The notes under the pieces: model-generated | Seen by the model: the letters and a program-made list of their open reading frames with translations, nothing else | The model's database searches: none | What the model was told of the DNA's origin: nothing | Program-made: the position numbers and the translations under genes | Part shown: in pieces, positions 1 through 14,256 of the stretch | Layout: every line of letters begins with the position of its first letter | Numbering within the stretch: the first letter of the stretch is position 1 | Assembly (NCBI RefSeq): GCF_000143415.4 | Contig: NW_003314312.1 | Coordinates: 673,551 to 737,509 of the forward strand | Source of the DNA: Selaginella moellendorffii | Taxonomy: Eukaryota > Plantae > Lycopodiophyta | DNA length: 63,959 nucleotides | Direction of reading: 5' to 3'

Positions 1-173
1 CTGCTCCAGCACTCAGTGGACACATGCCACCTCCCTTTACCGGCAACCTAGTGACTACGACGTCCTTTTCAGCTGCTGACTTCTTCAGTCTGACATATCA
101 GACTGGCCACCTTCTCAGAGTGCCACCCCATCTCAGCATTCCACCATATCACTCCACCATATCGGGACTGGAG

Positions 174-287
174 TAAGTGCAGGAGTAGGAGCAAGAGCAG
201 GTGGTTACCAATTACCGGTTACAAGTCCTCGGTTACTGGTTACTAGTTACTGGTTACCGGTTACCGGCTACTCCGAGTGGTCAGCAC
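174..287. repeat. GGTTAC(C/T) heptamer tandem block, duplicated at ~1843-1952
   Basis: agtgcaggagtaggag...gagcaggtggttacc...ggttactggttactagttactggttaccggttaccggctactcc occurs here and, diverged, at 1843-1952. Confidence 0.8.
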
Positions 288-959
288 TTACTCTACAGGC
301 CAACAGTTATCAATGGTCACCTTTTTAGAGTGCCACCACCATCTTGGTGCTCCACCATATCTCTCCATCTTTCATCATTTCCACACTTACCACCCTTGGG
401 CAACACATCCCCTCTTCTACCTCTCTTTCTTTCTCGATTTTGGCCAATCCTTGGAGCATACCAGAAGTCATCAAGAGGCTGCATTTGTATATTACACTTT
501 CTTGAGCCAAAATCCAAGGTCCAGTTTGATTACAGGGTTTCCCACCGGGTTTTCCTCCCTGTCTCCAAACTTGACACCTACCTTTTTTCTTTCTTTTCCG
601 CTTTGTTTTCTAGAGGTTCTACTATTTCCCGCAACTACCAGCACTTGGCATCAGTAGCAGAGGAACACTCTACACTCTTCAGAGGGTTCTCACGCATCTG
701 GAGCCAACGCGATCCACCGTGGTTGCATGTTAGGGCGTGGCCACCGAGAGAGTGAGAGAGAGAGAGGGAATATTCTGGTCCTCAAAATATTCCTCATCTT
801 TCTTGTATAAACCCTTGCCTCACAAGGGCAACGGGGGGCATTTTTGTGAAGAGCATTGAAGCATTTCTCGCGTTTGAGCGAGCGTTGGGGGAGGTGCCCC
901 TCCTTCCCCCAACAGATGCAATTAAAGTGCATTTTAATGATAACTTGTAAAAGGGGAAC

Positions 960-1469
960 ATGATAGAGTTGAGGTTCATATTTAGCAAAGGAGACAAACC
1001 AAGGGGGACATATGGCAAAGGGAAATTCAGGAAGAGTTTCTCTAAGAATGAGTCTTCAGGGTTTCAAAAAGGCAAATCCAATGGTCAGCGAGCAAACACA
1101 TGGGGGAGTCAAACAAAAAAGGATAAACCCATTAATAAGAAGGCCAAGTCTACTAGTAGTGTGGGAAATAGCTTATGCTACAACTGCGGTGAAGTAGGAT
1201 ATTTTCTAAGAGAATGTCCTTACCTGAAGAAAGCCAAAGTCAATATAGCTATTAAGTCGAGTGAAGTCCAAATTAAAGTATGTGATCTAGTCCCTAGCTC
1301 AAAGTTACTCATTACACGAGCAACTTTAGTAGAGAGTCATTTGCGACATCTACTAGCCCTCCAAAGGAAGCTATATTTGAAGAGATACAATGTTTCTTGT
1401 CTCAGTGGGATGAACATTTTGGGATTTTCATTTTCTCACCTAAATCCTTGGTCCAATTTCTCAAAGTAG
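960..1469 (+). pseudogene. retrotransposon gag remnant (zinc knuckle)
   Basis: CYNCGEVGYFLREC is a CCHC knuckle with the His lost, preceded by a K/G-rich region; TE context. Confidence 0.6.
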
Positions 1470-1954
1470 TGCATTTGGGCTTGTAGATCTGGCCTACATC
1501 TACAAGTAGTGGTGATTCTTAGCACTAGATTTGGGCAAATTAACGGCATGCAAAAGGATTTTCTTCTCCAGTTAAATTGAGTCATCTTTGTAGTATGAAT
1601 TCATGCTTCTCCGGGCTTTGTTTTGGATGCCTTTTGTTTCTAGAGGTGCTCTTGGTCCTAGGATTTCCAAAAAAATACCAATGGCACCTTAGTATCGATC
1701 TACATCAATGACATGAACATGTTTTTCCATAATATTGGTGTTCTGGGCTACCTCTTCTTGGATTTCAAGGAATATTGAGGTAGCTTCTTCACAAATTCTT
1801 GTGGTAGAGGGTAGATAGGGCTGAGCCCTTTCCAATCTTTAGAGTGCAGGAGTAGGAGTGAGAGCAGGTGGTTACCGGTTACCAATTATAGGTCACTGGT
1901 TATTGATTACTAGTTACTAGTTACCGATCACCGGCTACTCCAAGAGGTCAGTGT

Positions 1955-2622
1955 TGTGAGACACAAAATCCCTAGGCCCTAAAGTGGAGCCGAAAGGGTG
2001 CCACATGGAAGTGGCCAAAGCGAAAGCCAAACGAACGTAACACGTTTGGACTAAAAGCTCCGACTTGAAAGGTCGAGAGTGGGAGTGGAACTCCAAACGA
2101 AGTGCTCGAGGAACAAGCACAAAGCAAGCAATAAGTGAGTCTCTAGAAAAGGGACACAAGAGGAGTCTGAGATGGAATCCGAGATGGAGTCCGAGATAGA
2201 CCTGAGATGGAATCCGAGATGGAGTCCGAGATGGAGTTCGAGGTGGAGTCCGAGGTGGACCTGAGATGGACCCAAGATGGACCCGAGATTGAGTCCGAGA
2301 TGGACCCGGGATGGAGTCCGAGATGGACCCAAGATGGACCCAAGGTTGAGTCCAAGACGGACCCGAGATGGAGTCCAAGATGGAGTCTAAAATGGACCCG
2401 AGATGGACCAGAGATGGAGTCCGAGATGGAGTCTAAGATGGACCCAAGATGGAGTCCGAGGTCAAGACTGAGACCAAGACCGGGACCGAGACCGAAACCG
2501 GGACTGAGACCGAGACCGGGACCGAGACCGAGATCAAGGCCGAGGCCGAGACAGAGCCCGAGCCCAAGTCCGAGTCCGAGTCCGAGTCCGAGTCCGAGTC
2601 TGAGAGGGTGAAATCCCAAAGC
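1955..2622 (+). mobile_element. 5' part of satellite-bearing LTR (family A), truncated
   Basis: Starts tgtgagacacaaaatccctagg, the reverse complement of the end of 31440-33185; carries GAGATGGAGTCC/GAGACC/GAGTCC arrays. Confidence 0.85.
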
Positions 2623-3158
2623 GGAGAGAGCGGCAAAGTAGCCAAATGATAGGGTCATAGACAGCTATAACACAACTTACGATAGCTAGAATTTAGTGCC
2701 AAAGGTGGCATAAAATAAAAAAAGAGGATGATGGTGCCCTCAAATAGAAAACTCCTAGGATGGGAAAGTGGAGTTTGCACAATATGTATAATAAAAAGGT
2801 GTCGAAGACACCTAGGAAATTGATTTCGAGAAAGCAAGATTAAAAGTTCCAAAATGGAATGATTATATCGATAAAAGTTGACTCAAGAATGAATAGTGGG
2901 ATTGAGATAGAGGAGGTGTCTCTAAAGGGTTTAACAAAAACTAAACCAATGAAAGAGAAAGAACTACTACAAGTGGTTGATCGAGTTTTTATGTTAGAGA
3001 GACTATGCTCTTTAGAGAATGGAGAAGGCATGGTGAGCCTTTGGTGTCAAACCATTTACGAATATTGGCTGGGTGCCAAGGATGGAAAGTTGGTGTTACT
3101 TTATAAAATGGTTTACTGCTCAATGAGGACATTAAACTTTGTCTATGGGTGGTGAAGT

Positions 3159-3966
3159 TGTGAGACACAAATCCCTAAGCCCCAAAGTGGAGCTAAAAGG
3201 GTGCCACATGGTAGTGGCCAAAGTGGAAGCCAAACATATGTAACATGTTTGGACTAAAAACCCCAACTTGGATAATCGAGAAAGGGAGTGGAACTCCCGA
3301 CAAAGAGTTCAAGGAACGAGTGCGAAGCAAGCAGTAAGTGAGTCTCTAGAAAAGGGACACAAGAGGACCAACATATGATACATAAAAGTGTCAAGATGGA
3401 GTCCGAGATGGACCTGAGATGGAATTCGAGATGGAGTCCAAAATGGATTCGAGATGAAATCCGAGATGGAATCCAAGATGTACCCGAGATGGACTTGAGA
3501 TGGAATCCAGTGGCAGTGTTAGCGAACACGGTCTTGGACAAAAAGGGACTTGGTGGGAACAGGAAAAGGGATATTGGGGAAGGTTGTTCCCCATGTCTGT
3601 GGGCATCCTAAAAATGCTAAGGAGTGGATTTAGGATGATCACTTATGGACAAATGGCCCAGTCTTTGTGAAACATGATTGTGATGTAAGTGGTGTTGGAT
3701 TGTGATGTTATGTGACAAAGGTGAGTGGGCATGGCCTTAGTGTAACGGACTGATATGTCGATAGTACCTTTAAGTGTCAGTCATGGGATCGGACACATGG
3801 AGCACTTGGACCAAGTGTAATGGTTGAGTGGCATAAATGCCATTTTCAGGGCTAATCAGTCCCCAAGTCCGACATAGGATTTTTGGAGGTTGTGAGTGAG
3901 ACTCTTCCAAGTGGTCAAAGATGTGGTTAAGTGACTAAAGTAAAATGGAAAATTTAGTCACTTACA
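3159..3966 (+). mobile_element. family A LTR with internal deletion
   Basis: TG..CA ends (tgtgagac...agtcacttaca) match both ends of the 1746-bp copy; the middle is missing. Confidence 0.8.
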
Positions 3967-6680
3967 GTTTTCACACTAAGAGATCTAATCATGCATAACG
4001 ACTCTGGGGCATTCCCCGGCTTGGTGGTGTGCTCAAAGCAGTCTCCTCACTAAGAGTCTATAACCACCAAAAAATGAATGTCCTCATATTCCAAACTATC
4101 ACCACACTCTAGTGATTTGGGACTCGAACCCAAACACTATAGAGTTGGGAGTCGAACTCAACCTCCATATATACATCTACAGACAACATCACTTAAGATA
4201 CCTGGTGTGACTCTTCATACTAGTGCACCAATTTATATTTAAACCGTGCTATGGGTCATAACTTGGGAATCTAGTTCCTCCGCACTGCCAAGTCCTCTCA
4301 CTTAACAAGTCTGTGATCATGTATGGACTCCTCTATGCTTGGCCCCATGAGCCACCCCTTTTTTGAAGTTAACACTTTTAACTAAGGTCTTTGTTCCCCT
4401 TGATTTGCCATCTCACTTAGCAAATCATTTGACTAACGTAACATGGTTTCATGCATAAATGTGAAAGTCTTTAACCATTGACTTTTATTCAAAGCCATCT
4501 CTTTGAACACTTAGGGCTACTTCCTCAACCTTGATAACCTCACCTCATGGCAAGCTTCAAGACCACACCTTTACTATGCCACTCTGATTTTGTGCGTTTT
4601 ATGAATCATTTACACTTGTCTTTCTAAATACTAATATACCTAGAATTGTCTTTGGGAACCTTGAAAGGACTCTGTCCCTTAACTTGTTAAGGCCTTATTT
4701 TTTGCAAGCTTTTGTAATTGCCATATGGTCTAACATGGATAATTCCATACTTTAGACTTTCTATGGTATCATGGTTGTTAATAGCAATACATTCAAGCAC
4801 CCACTTAATTCTCCACTCCCAACTTATATAACCACCCTTAGTTATGCTTTTCAATTTTTATAGTTTAGTTTATCCTTTTACTACTTGCTTTTTAGCTTTA
4901 TACCTTCCCTTTAGGTATTCTCCTCCTATCTAAAAGAGTAGTTTTGCACTTACTACCATACCTTAGCAAATATTCTTAAGGATGAACCTCCGTAATAACT
5001 GAGGGAGTGGTTCTTCAATTTATATGTGCTCACCGTATAATCCCACACATCGGGATTAACATCACTATATATTTTTGGCTTTATCCAATTCAAATAGATG
5101 AACTTCTCTTGTCTTTGCAACCTTAGATGTTGAATAACACCTCCTATCTATTATTCATTAGAGGTTTAGTCCCTTGGGCATTATATAATACCCTCATGAT
5201 TCCAAACATTATTCTCTAGTGTTTTAGAGTGTTTTGGTATCCCAATAATAACTTTATTTGACAATGAGTATTTCACTTTACAATATTGACTTACTATATC
5301 TCAACATAAAAAATTAATCTCTTAGAGGGGTATATTTAACCTCCTTATCTCAAGAAAAAGTTTTGGGTAATTAACTTTTACCAATCTAATTAATTATTTT
5401 GCACCTTTTGCTTAGTTGCCTCATAGTTGTCAAATCTTACAACTCATTGTTAGTGCTTCCACACCTCCATCATTATTTGGGTCATAACACTTTAACCGCA
5501 TGCCTTTCAGCTTAGGCTATGCCATTCTTATTTCCATTAGGATTCCTTTAGCAAGGGATTCTCATGAACCCGCCAACTTGACATTAAGGCATCACATATT
5601 GGCACATTTGGCGTCTCCATACCATCAACTCCACGAGCCTACCTTTATGACACTTCCCATTTATGTCTAGGTCTTTGCCAAGACCAACATAGTCGTTTTT
5701 CATGCCAATTATCAATTAGCACCACACCATAGTGTTTGCACACAACTTTAAATTAAAGTTGCTTTCTTCTGGGAACACCTTTCCTACAATTTTAGTATGA
5801 TGCCTTCTGCCATCAATGAGATACACACTATTCTTATACTTGGATTTTATGATCCTCCCCACCCTTTGTGAGGCACAACTTATCTCATTCTAAATGCTTC
5901 TACCAATCCTTTAGGATCATTTCTTGACTCTACTTGAGTCATCTAACTTTTTGGATTTTGCTAATCCAACGACCCGTAAGGTCCTAGCCTCCTGGCTATT
6001 TTTAAAGTGTTAGTTCCTTAGAATACATCTTCTTGTATTCATGTCCTACTCACAAGGACCATCTTTGCAAGTGTTATTCTGATACTTAATTATTTTCTAT
6101 TCCCTGTAGGCTACTTTTGCCCCTTAGGACTATCTATCCATTTGATGAGAATACCGACTCATCTTCTAAGTACACCCCTAACTCTTTGGGTTTGTTTCAA
6201 CATTTATAAAATGTAGCCTTGATTACTATTTCAAGGACTTGTGTCTTTATTCATATTTGACCTCCCATGGTCATTAATTCTAATCTCAAATTCATGAGTA
6301 CCAGCCTCAACTATATGAGGATAATCTTGTGACTCCTTTATTGTTTTGGAGTCTTTATCTTTCCCGTGATCCCAACTATAGTTGTTTACCACAATTACAT
6401 TAGCTAATTTGTTATTTCAAACACTCATTTGGATCACATCCTCAACTCTCTAAGGAGAACTTTATACTATTCCCAAGATCTCAAAGTCGTTCCTAAATTG
6501 GCCGCTTTCTATCCACCACATTGCTAACATGTTCACTTATGAACTAAGGTGGAGAGTCATGCCATTTTGACATGCTACTCCTCAAGGATAGGCCCACTCT
6601 TGGGACCTTCCAATGCTAAGAAAAGTGGTGATATACTTGACCACCAATAAGAGTCGGACTAAGGAATAGCTCTGATACCA
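3967..6680. mobile_element. degenerate retrotransposon internal region
   Basis: Lies next to a PBS and between LTR copies; no long ORFs; a possible eroded RT-like motif FNRMPFSL near 5490 (+). Confidence 0.4.
6669..6680 (-). promoter_or_regulatory. primer binding site (tRNA-iMet) of family A element
   Basis: TGGTATCAGAGC on minus strand, 3 nt from the LTR end at 6684. Confidence 0.85.
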
Positions 6681-6683
6681 AAT

Positions 6684-8157
6684 TATAAGTGACTAAGTTT
6701 TCCATTCTACTTTAGTCACTTAACCACACCTCCGACCACTTTGAGGAGTCTTACTCACAACTTCTATAAGTTTTATTCTAGAATTGGGGACTTTCTTGCC
6801 CCGAAAATAGCATCTATGCCACTCAACCATCGCATTTGGTCAAGTGCTCCACATGTCCAATCTCATGACCAACACCCAAAAGTACCACTGACATACCAAC
6901 CTGTTGCACTAAGGCTACACCATTCACCTTTATCACATCAGTGATCTAATACCACCTACATCCCAGTTTCGTCTTTCAAAAACTAGGCCATCCGTCCATG
7001 AGTGATTGTCCTAGATCCACTCCTTAGCGTCCTAAGGATGCTCACAGACATAAATAGCAACCTTCCCTAATATCCCTTTTTTAGTCCCTACTAAGTCCCT
7101 TTTTGTCCATGGTCATGTTCTTCAACACTGCTACTGGGTCAAGGCTCACAGACCCGACCACTAAGTCCCAATGTCCTCTGGGACATCCTCACCATGTGAC
7201 CGTATCCTAGGTCATTACATTAGAGGACTGCTCCTCTTCTTTTCCATAGTCTAGGATTTTGGGATGATGTTTCAAAACACTATGGCTCTACGCGAGCTTC
7301 ATGGGTATTCTCCACACCTTCCACCTTTAGGTGCCCTAGACATGTGGCTAGAGTGAGGTTTTGATAAGCCACACAGTAGGTAGTGCCACCCACACTTGGA
7401 TACACTTTACCAAACTACCTTGCTTGTCTGTCCGTATTCACTCTAGCCTTGGACTCCTCAATGGTTTTATCATCACCCACCATATGAGTATAGCTTTCCT
7501 TGGTCATACTAGCCTTTCTTGGCCAAATTGGCTCCACTAAAGTCCTCACTTACTATACTTTTGGAGCTTACCAAACCCCTCAGGGTCTGGAGACAAATGC
7601 TTTGGGCTTTCACCCTCAGACTCAGACTCGGACTCAAACTCAGTCTCAATCTCGGTCTCAATCTCGGTTTTGGTCTCGGTCTCGATCTTAGCCTTGTCCT
7701 CGGACTCCATCTTGGGTCCTTCTTGGACTCCATCGTGGACTCCATCTCGGGTCATTCTCAAACTTTATCGCGAACTACATCTTAGGTCCATCTCAAACTC
7801 CATCTAAGTTCCATCTTGGACTCCATCTAGGGTCCACCTTAGACTCCATCTCAAGTTCATTTCGGACTCCATCTTAGACTCCATCTTGGGTCCATCTTGG
7901 ACTCCATCTTAAGTCTATTTCGACACTTCCACGTGTCATGTGTTAGTCCTCTTGTGTTCCTTTTTTTGAGACACACTTATTGCTTGCGTTAAGCTTGTTC
8001 CTCGAGCCCTTCTTTGGGGAGTTCCACTCCTGCTTTCGACTTTTCAAGTTAGAGCTTTTAGTCCATATGTGTTACACTTGTTTGGCTTTTGCTTCGGCCA
8101 CTATCACATGGCACCCTTTTGGCTCCACTTTTGGGGCTCTAGGATTTGTTTCTCACA
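6684..8157 (-). mobile_element. family A 5' LTR
   Basis: Colinear with 31440-33185 (tataagtgact...tctcaca) and followed on the minus strand by a PBS. Confidence 0.85.
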
Positions 8158-8296
8158 TTAAGACTCGGTCTCATCCACTAAACTCTTTATTGTTCTGGTC
8201 ATGGTTTCAGGGATCCTTTAGCTTATGACACATTAGGGAGTTGGTTCCTTATAGTCTATTAATAGGTATTAGGTTTGGTAAAACTTTAAGTTGTTG

Positions 8297-8915
8297 ATTG
8301 TGTTCATTTTAGCCTTAGACTCCTCAATGGTTATATTGTCACCCACCACGTAGGTGTAACCTTTTTGGGTCACATTAGCCTTTCTAGGCCAAATTAGTTC
8401 TATTGGAGTTCAATCTTTACATTCTCCATACTATACTTTTGGAACCCCCCACAGCCTCCCCCCACCCCCTCTCCAGAGGACAATCACTTTAGGCTTTCAC
8501 CCCTTAACTTATATTAGTAATTGTACTTGGCCTTAGACTTGGATTTGGTCTTAGTCTTGGGTTTAGCTTCGATCTCGGACCTAGTCTTAGTCTCCATCTC
8601 GGATTCTACCTTGGGCTCTATCTCATACTCCTTTTCAGACTCCATCTCGGACTCTTTCTTATGTGACTCCATTTAGGATTTGGTCCCAACACTTGCCATG
8701 TGTTAGTCTTTTTTGTATCTCTTTCTAGAAATTCATTCATCTATCACTTCGTGTTTTTTCTTTAAGCACATCATTTGAAGTTCCACTCTTGCTCTTGATT
8801 TTTCAAGTCAAAGCTTTTGGTTCAAACATGTTACATTCATTAGACTTCCACTTTGACCATGGCCATATGGCACACTTTCAACTTCACTTTAGGGCTTAAA
8901 TATTTGTATCTTACA
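8297..8915 (-). mobile_element. partial degenerate family A LTR
   Basis: Homologous to 32250-33185; ends ...tatcttaca. Confidence 0.7.
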
Positions 8916-8919
8916 ATTA

Positions 8920-10430
8920 GATGCTTAGATATATTATTGAGTCATAAAAATTTATGCTAAGGTGAATCTATATAATGTTTTAAGTGAGAGGAAGTTGGTT
9001 AAGTTTTAAGAATTTGCATTCCTAGATTGAAAGTCATTCTTTCTCTATGATGGAAAATTTCTTTAAATTTTCTTAGGTAAAGGATTTTCTTTTTCAAGTC
9101 CATTTCGTAGTTGTGGTAGTCAATATGGACCAAGTCAAATTAGATAGAGCTTTTCTAATGGTTGATTTTTTTAATCATTTTTCCTAAAAACCATTAGAAA
9201 CTAATGAAAAGGTTAGAGTTAACTTTAGTTGGTTTAGACTTTAGTAGGTAGTTTGTATGATATGGCGTAAAAGAAATATTGACTTTTGGGGTTAAAGCAA
9301 TTGAGTTAGATAAAGTCTAAAGATAGTGTAGAAAAGAGGCTGTTGCGCTTTTTTAAAAAGGTGACTCTTGCGCTTTGATATTAAGTTTCATTAGTCTCGG
9401 TGCAGATAATATTAATGATTTTGTTATAACTTTGTGTTATTAGCATTCTAGCATTTTCTAGTTAGCAACTTTATTAATGTTCAAACAAGCTGAATGATAA
9501 ATTGGGTTGTGTTCTAGATGAAATTGTTTAGTAAAGGTTAAGATTTGGTTTTTCCTTGAAAAATAATTTAGTCATGAACTATACTAGTTTATGAGAGGGA
9601 GAATTAGTGATTTGTATTAAAAATTTTTATTCCTTATTTCAATTATTGATGATTTTTCTTGTGATTGTTATGAAGTGAGTTACATATTACTATAGAAAAT
9701 AGATCATTTGGTGATCACTTGTTAAATATAGCCTTATTATGCTTAGCTTTTGGATTGATGCACACGTATTTTTCATTAACTTTGGTATTTTGAAGTTTAG
9801 CTTCTGACTGTGTTGAGAAAGATATTATGGGTTGTATCATGATTTTTTTTTTAGCATTGAAGTTAATTCATACAGACTTGTGATTATTATTAAGTGAGAT
9901 TTAGTTCTATACTTCTTCAAAGTTTTTATGTTTATTATTCCATTTGTTAGGAGTTGTTAGAGAAGGCATTTTAGTTCATAAGTTCTGATGTTAAAGTTAG
10001 TATTTACATTTAGCAATCATTAGTGATGAATTAATTATCCTCATCAATAGTTTTTCTTGATTATTATTGATGTTGAATGATTTACCATTTTTCGGGATGG
10101 GGGATTCTTTCTTCAATGATAATTATGCATCTTTTTATTAATGGGATGATTAATAATATTTCATGATAGTTAATTATTCACTTTGATAGCTTCGGACTTC
10201 ACATATTCTTTATGGTTTATTTTGAATTGATATTTTGAGTTTGAAATATCAATAAGATGGCGTTTACTTAAGGAACTTGAGTTTCTTAATATAGTTGCTA
10301 AGATTTATTTAAATTGGCTAGTGTAGTGGTTGGTATGAACAAATGTTTGTTAGCTCTTATAACATTCATTCTATTTTGTTAACTATTGCTCAAGTTAGTT
10401 GTTAGATTAGTATATTCCAAAGCTAATATC
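8920..10430 (+). mobile_element. AT-eroded Ty1/copia internal remnant
   Basis: LKLIHTDL near 9858 resembles copia integrase LELIHTDL; homologous to 14790-15490 (+) and 19560-20848 (-). Confidence 0.55.
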
Positions 10431-12420
10431 TTACTACCATATTGACCTTATTACAAAGTTAGAAGCATTAAGTAAGCATATCAAAGAAAATCTTTCTAAA
10501 TGTTTTATTCTACATTTTTAATCTTTAACTAATGCATTTATCTTCTTTGTGTTCAAGAAAGATAGATCCCTAATATGTTGGAGTGGCTCTCAAAAGTTTA
10601 TTTTTTCACCAAAATTAACTTATGTAACACTTACAACCTCATTCACATTTGGGAGAGTAATAAGTGGAAAATACTCTTTTGTACTTTTTATGGGTATTTC
10701 AACTACATAGTGATGCCTTTCATTTAACCAATGCTCTAGTTCTTATTAAACATATGGTGAATGATGTTTTTCATGATTTTCTTGATCTTATTTATTATAA
10801 TGATATTCTTATCTTTTTTAAGACTAAAAAAGAATATAACTATCATTTTTACCTTGTTCTCTAGTGCTTTTGATATTTAATATTTCCTAACACTTCATTT
10901 AAGACTTCGAAATTGTTCTTGCTATAATGTGACTCACCATAAAATATGCCCCTTTTGTATAATCTTTTACTGCCTAAACTTCTTTTGACCTCTTTAAATA
11001 AACATTAACTTCCACTCTAATTCTTATCTATTTAGACAATATAAATTTGTATTTTGTTGAGCTAGATACTTTAAATTTTGCTTTGTGCACTTTATTGTTG
11101 CAAGAGGATTAAAATTGCAAACTTCACCCAATTATATTTCACTATTGAAAGTATATAATTATAAATATTAATTATAACATTTTCAATAAGGAACTTACAA
11201 TTATAAACCCTTTTGAAGTTGAGTGTCATTTCCTTGAATGTTCTCTCCATGTGACTACTATATACAAGTGATCACAAGAACCTCCAATATTAGTCCTCAA
11301 CAGATATCCTCAACTAGCATCACCCTTAATGACCACAATTACTATCTCTTTTCTGGTTTATGATTGTATCACCTAAGGAAAAGAAATTGAGAAAAATGAT
11401 GCTCATACTTGATGTAATTATCTTGTACCCTCATCTAAAGACCCTACATTTAACCTCCATAATAAAATTTTTCTTGATTCCTTTTACTTGTATATCAATT
11501 TCTTTATACAATTGTTTCCTCCTCCTAATCACTTGTTTAATTCATAGATTGAAGCGACTTAAACCACTGATCTATTTATTCATGAGGTTTAGCAATTGTT
11601 TTCTTTTAGTTCTTCTCCAATATAATATAGTGTTTACTAGTTTCTTTACTTTTGGGACAGACTACTTAATTAGATGCACCTGATGGTTTGTGTGTTGCTC
11701 AAATGTGCCATAGCACCCATTAAGAGGGTACTTTGGAGTCTATAAGACATTAAAATTGGTCTAACAATATTTTTGATGGTCATATACTTGTAAGTATGTT
11801 AAAACTTTATTTATACTTTATGTTAGTGGACTAAGATGCTTTGACATCTTTCATCTGGTTTTCTCTATCTCCTTCTTTCTCTAGGGCTTTAGAAATCTAT
11901 CTTTATAGGTTTCTTTACTAATCTTTCACTTTCTCAAGGATTTGACAGTGTCTTTGTTATAGTCAACTTATTTTCCCAAAATAACACATCTTTTGCTATA
12001 TCGAAAGATGATTGATGGATAGTGACTAGCTAAACTTATTTATAAGAAGATTTTTGTCTTCATAGAGCCAAACAATATTATCAATGATTATTGGCCCCTT
12101 TTAGCATCAATTTCTTTTCTTCTTCCATAAGATGTCAACTTCTCACTATAAAACTGATGGGCAATTGGAGTTAACTATTCAAACTTTTAAGTAGTATTTT
12201 TTATACTTTATTTCCCATTAATAGAATGATTAGGTTGATCTACTTCCTTCTATTGAGTTTGATTATAATAATTCTTAGCATTCTTCACCAAATCACTCTT
12301 TATTTTTCATTAACTATGACTTTCATCCTAACTCTTTATTTTTCAATTGGCTTAGATATTCTTCTAATAATCATAGTTCAAAGCCTGTTTCTCATCTTCC
12401 TTATGCTTCTAGGTTGGTTA
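10430..12420 (+). mobile_element. AT-eroded Ty3/gypsy pol remnant (RT-RH-INT)
   Basis: Remnant motifs in gypsy order: FFVFKKDRS (~10545), YYNDILIF (YxDD-like), ELDTLNFAL (RH, ~11060), TDGQLE (INT, ~12155). Confidence 0.6.
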
Positions 12421-12589
12421 TGAGTTTTTTTCAGCAAAATTCATTTAATCATGGTTTTACACTACTTTGGTTCCCATTTGGTGCACAACATTAGGGGAAG
12501 ATTATAACTTTAGTCACTTAACCATATTTACTTTTGACTACTTGGAGAAGTCTTAGTCATAACTTTCATACATCTTGGGTACTTGGGTA

Positions 12590-13301
12590 CATCTTGGGTT
12601 CCAAATGTATAATAGAGATAATGGGTAGAATATAGCTAATCAACATGAGGCATAGTCTAACTCTCGCTTGCATGTGTAAACAACCAAAAAGAATGACTTG
12701 AGAGACAATTTATGAGGTTCAAATATAAAGGGAAAAGGCCCATGAATAAAAGTGCACCCCTTTTTTCAATCAGTTAAAGGTCTTGGGATACTTAGGGTTA
12801 AGCGTCCTTGGGTTTGAATAATATTGAGCTGGGTGACCTCTCGGAAAGTTTAAATTCAGAAGCTTATAACATGTCTATCTTAACTTGGGTTTAAGCCCAA
12901 ATTCCATACCATACTAGCTGATAGAGTATTTATATCCTTGTGTTAGGCCATTGGTATTTATATCCTTGTGTTAGGCCACTGGTATGTTGAAATAGTGCCT
13001 AAAGCTTTTAGCATCTTAATGCCAAAACTAACACAAAAAACAATGTCAAATGACTCTCTATCCCTTCACTCCTTGGGTTGTATGCTTAGGAATCATTTTG
13101 TGCTTCACTTGTTTCACTCCTTGGCTTCATGCTTAGGGGTTTGGCTCTACCCCTTTATTCAGTGGCCTAAGGCTTTGAAACTTGGGTTTCACTCCACTAC
13201 CTTTGGACATATAGCATGTATTATATTGCATGTGGAGGGTTAAGGTTTCGCTTTGTAGTTGTCTTATAGTAAACCATACATATTAACATTTGGTATTAGA
13301 G
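12590..13301 (+). mobile_element. family C LTR plus PBS (tggtattagag 13291-13301), followed by eroded internal sequence to ~14156
   Basis: Ends ...attaaca then a Met-type PBS; homologous to ~25890-26110 (+), ~44930-45480 (-) and ~47867-48160 (-). Confidence 0.6.
12675..12868 (+). mobile_element. Cassandra-like (5S-containing) solo LTR nested in the family C LTR
   Basis: 194 bp; gttaagcgtccttggg...tgggtgacctctcggaaagt resembles the 5S rRNA internal promoter region; near-TSD gcatg/acatg. Confidence 0.75.
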
Positions 13302-14256
13302 GATGAATCTCACTAAGTACTATCCAATGAGATTAGGCAATTAGTCTCGTTGTATATGCATATATATTTGGGTGCTATGACTTCACATTTGTTCTTTGGG
13401 TATGGATTTTGGTTACATTTTTGTACTATATTGTTTGAATTTACTCTTAAGCTCATAGGATGGACATGAGATGTTCAGTCTACATGAATTTGCACTTGGG
13501 CTCGTGAATAAGGCATATTAGCAACTCAAAATTACATTTTGAGTTGGTAGGATTAATGTTAACTTATCAGTGGTTACTATGAGTGGTTCCATGGTACATT
13601 GGGTAAAAGTAAACCTCTCATATATTTGCTATCAGTGCTAAATAAGCTGGTCTGTAGCTATTTAGCATAGCACTAGTGGATATTTCCCAAGCATGATTAT
13701 GTGTGGATCAATCAAAATTATAGAGATTAGTCTATTGGTTGAAGTAGTTATTGTTGTACTCTTTCATAAACTTTTCTTAGATTGGATTGAAGGCAGTGCA
13801 AACACAAGCTTGAGGTTTAGTCAAATTAAAATTGAAAAGTGAGTTATCAAACACGAAGAATTAATTACGAAAATCATCTTTTCTTCTTTGATGGATGATT
13901 TGGCAATGAAGTGTGATTTATTGCTCATGTTCATATCATGAAATTAGAGTCCCTACTTTAATACATATTAACTATGATGGTCTTACAAATGGTGAGTCAT
14001 GGAATGAATAATGGTGAAATACTAAATAATTTTGCTTAAGCTTGTTATTGGAAAGTTTAGGTTGCAATGCTCAATTCTTTTCCTAGAAACTTTGTTACTG
14101 CTTCATGAGTAACTTAGTAGTGGATTAGTTCTGAGTTTGGCCGCGTGAGAAGGGTGNNNNNNNNNNNNNNNNNNNNNNNNNNNNNNNNNNNNNNNNNNNN
14201 NNNNNNNNNNNNNNNNNNNNNNNNNNNNNNNNNNNNNNNNNNNNNNNNNNNNNNNN

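Noticed and set aside
746-768. (GA)n tract
   Set aside because: Ordinary microsatellite
2170-2600. Regular repeats as a possible CRISPR array
   Set aside because: No unique spacers; plant nuclear LTR satellite
3159-8157. One intact LTR retrotransposon bounded by the 3159 and 6684 LTRs
   Set aside because: The two LTR copies are in opposite orientation, so they belong to separate insertions
12795-12850. A genuine 5S rRNA gene
   Set aside because: Only a ~55-nt internal segment embedded in an LTR; 5S ends are absent
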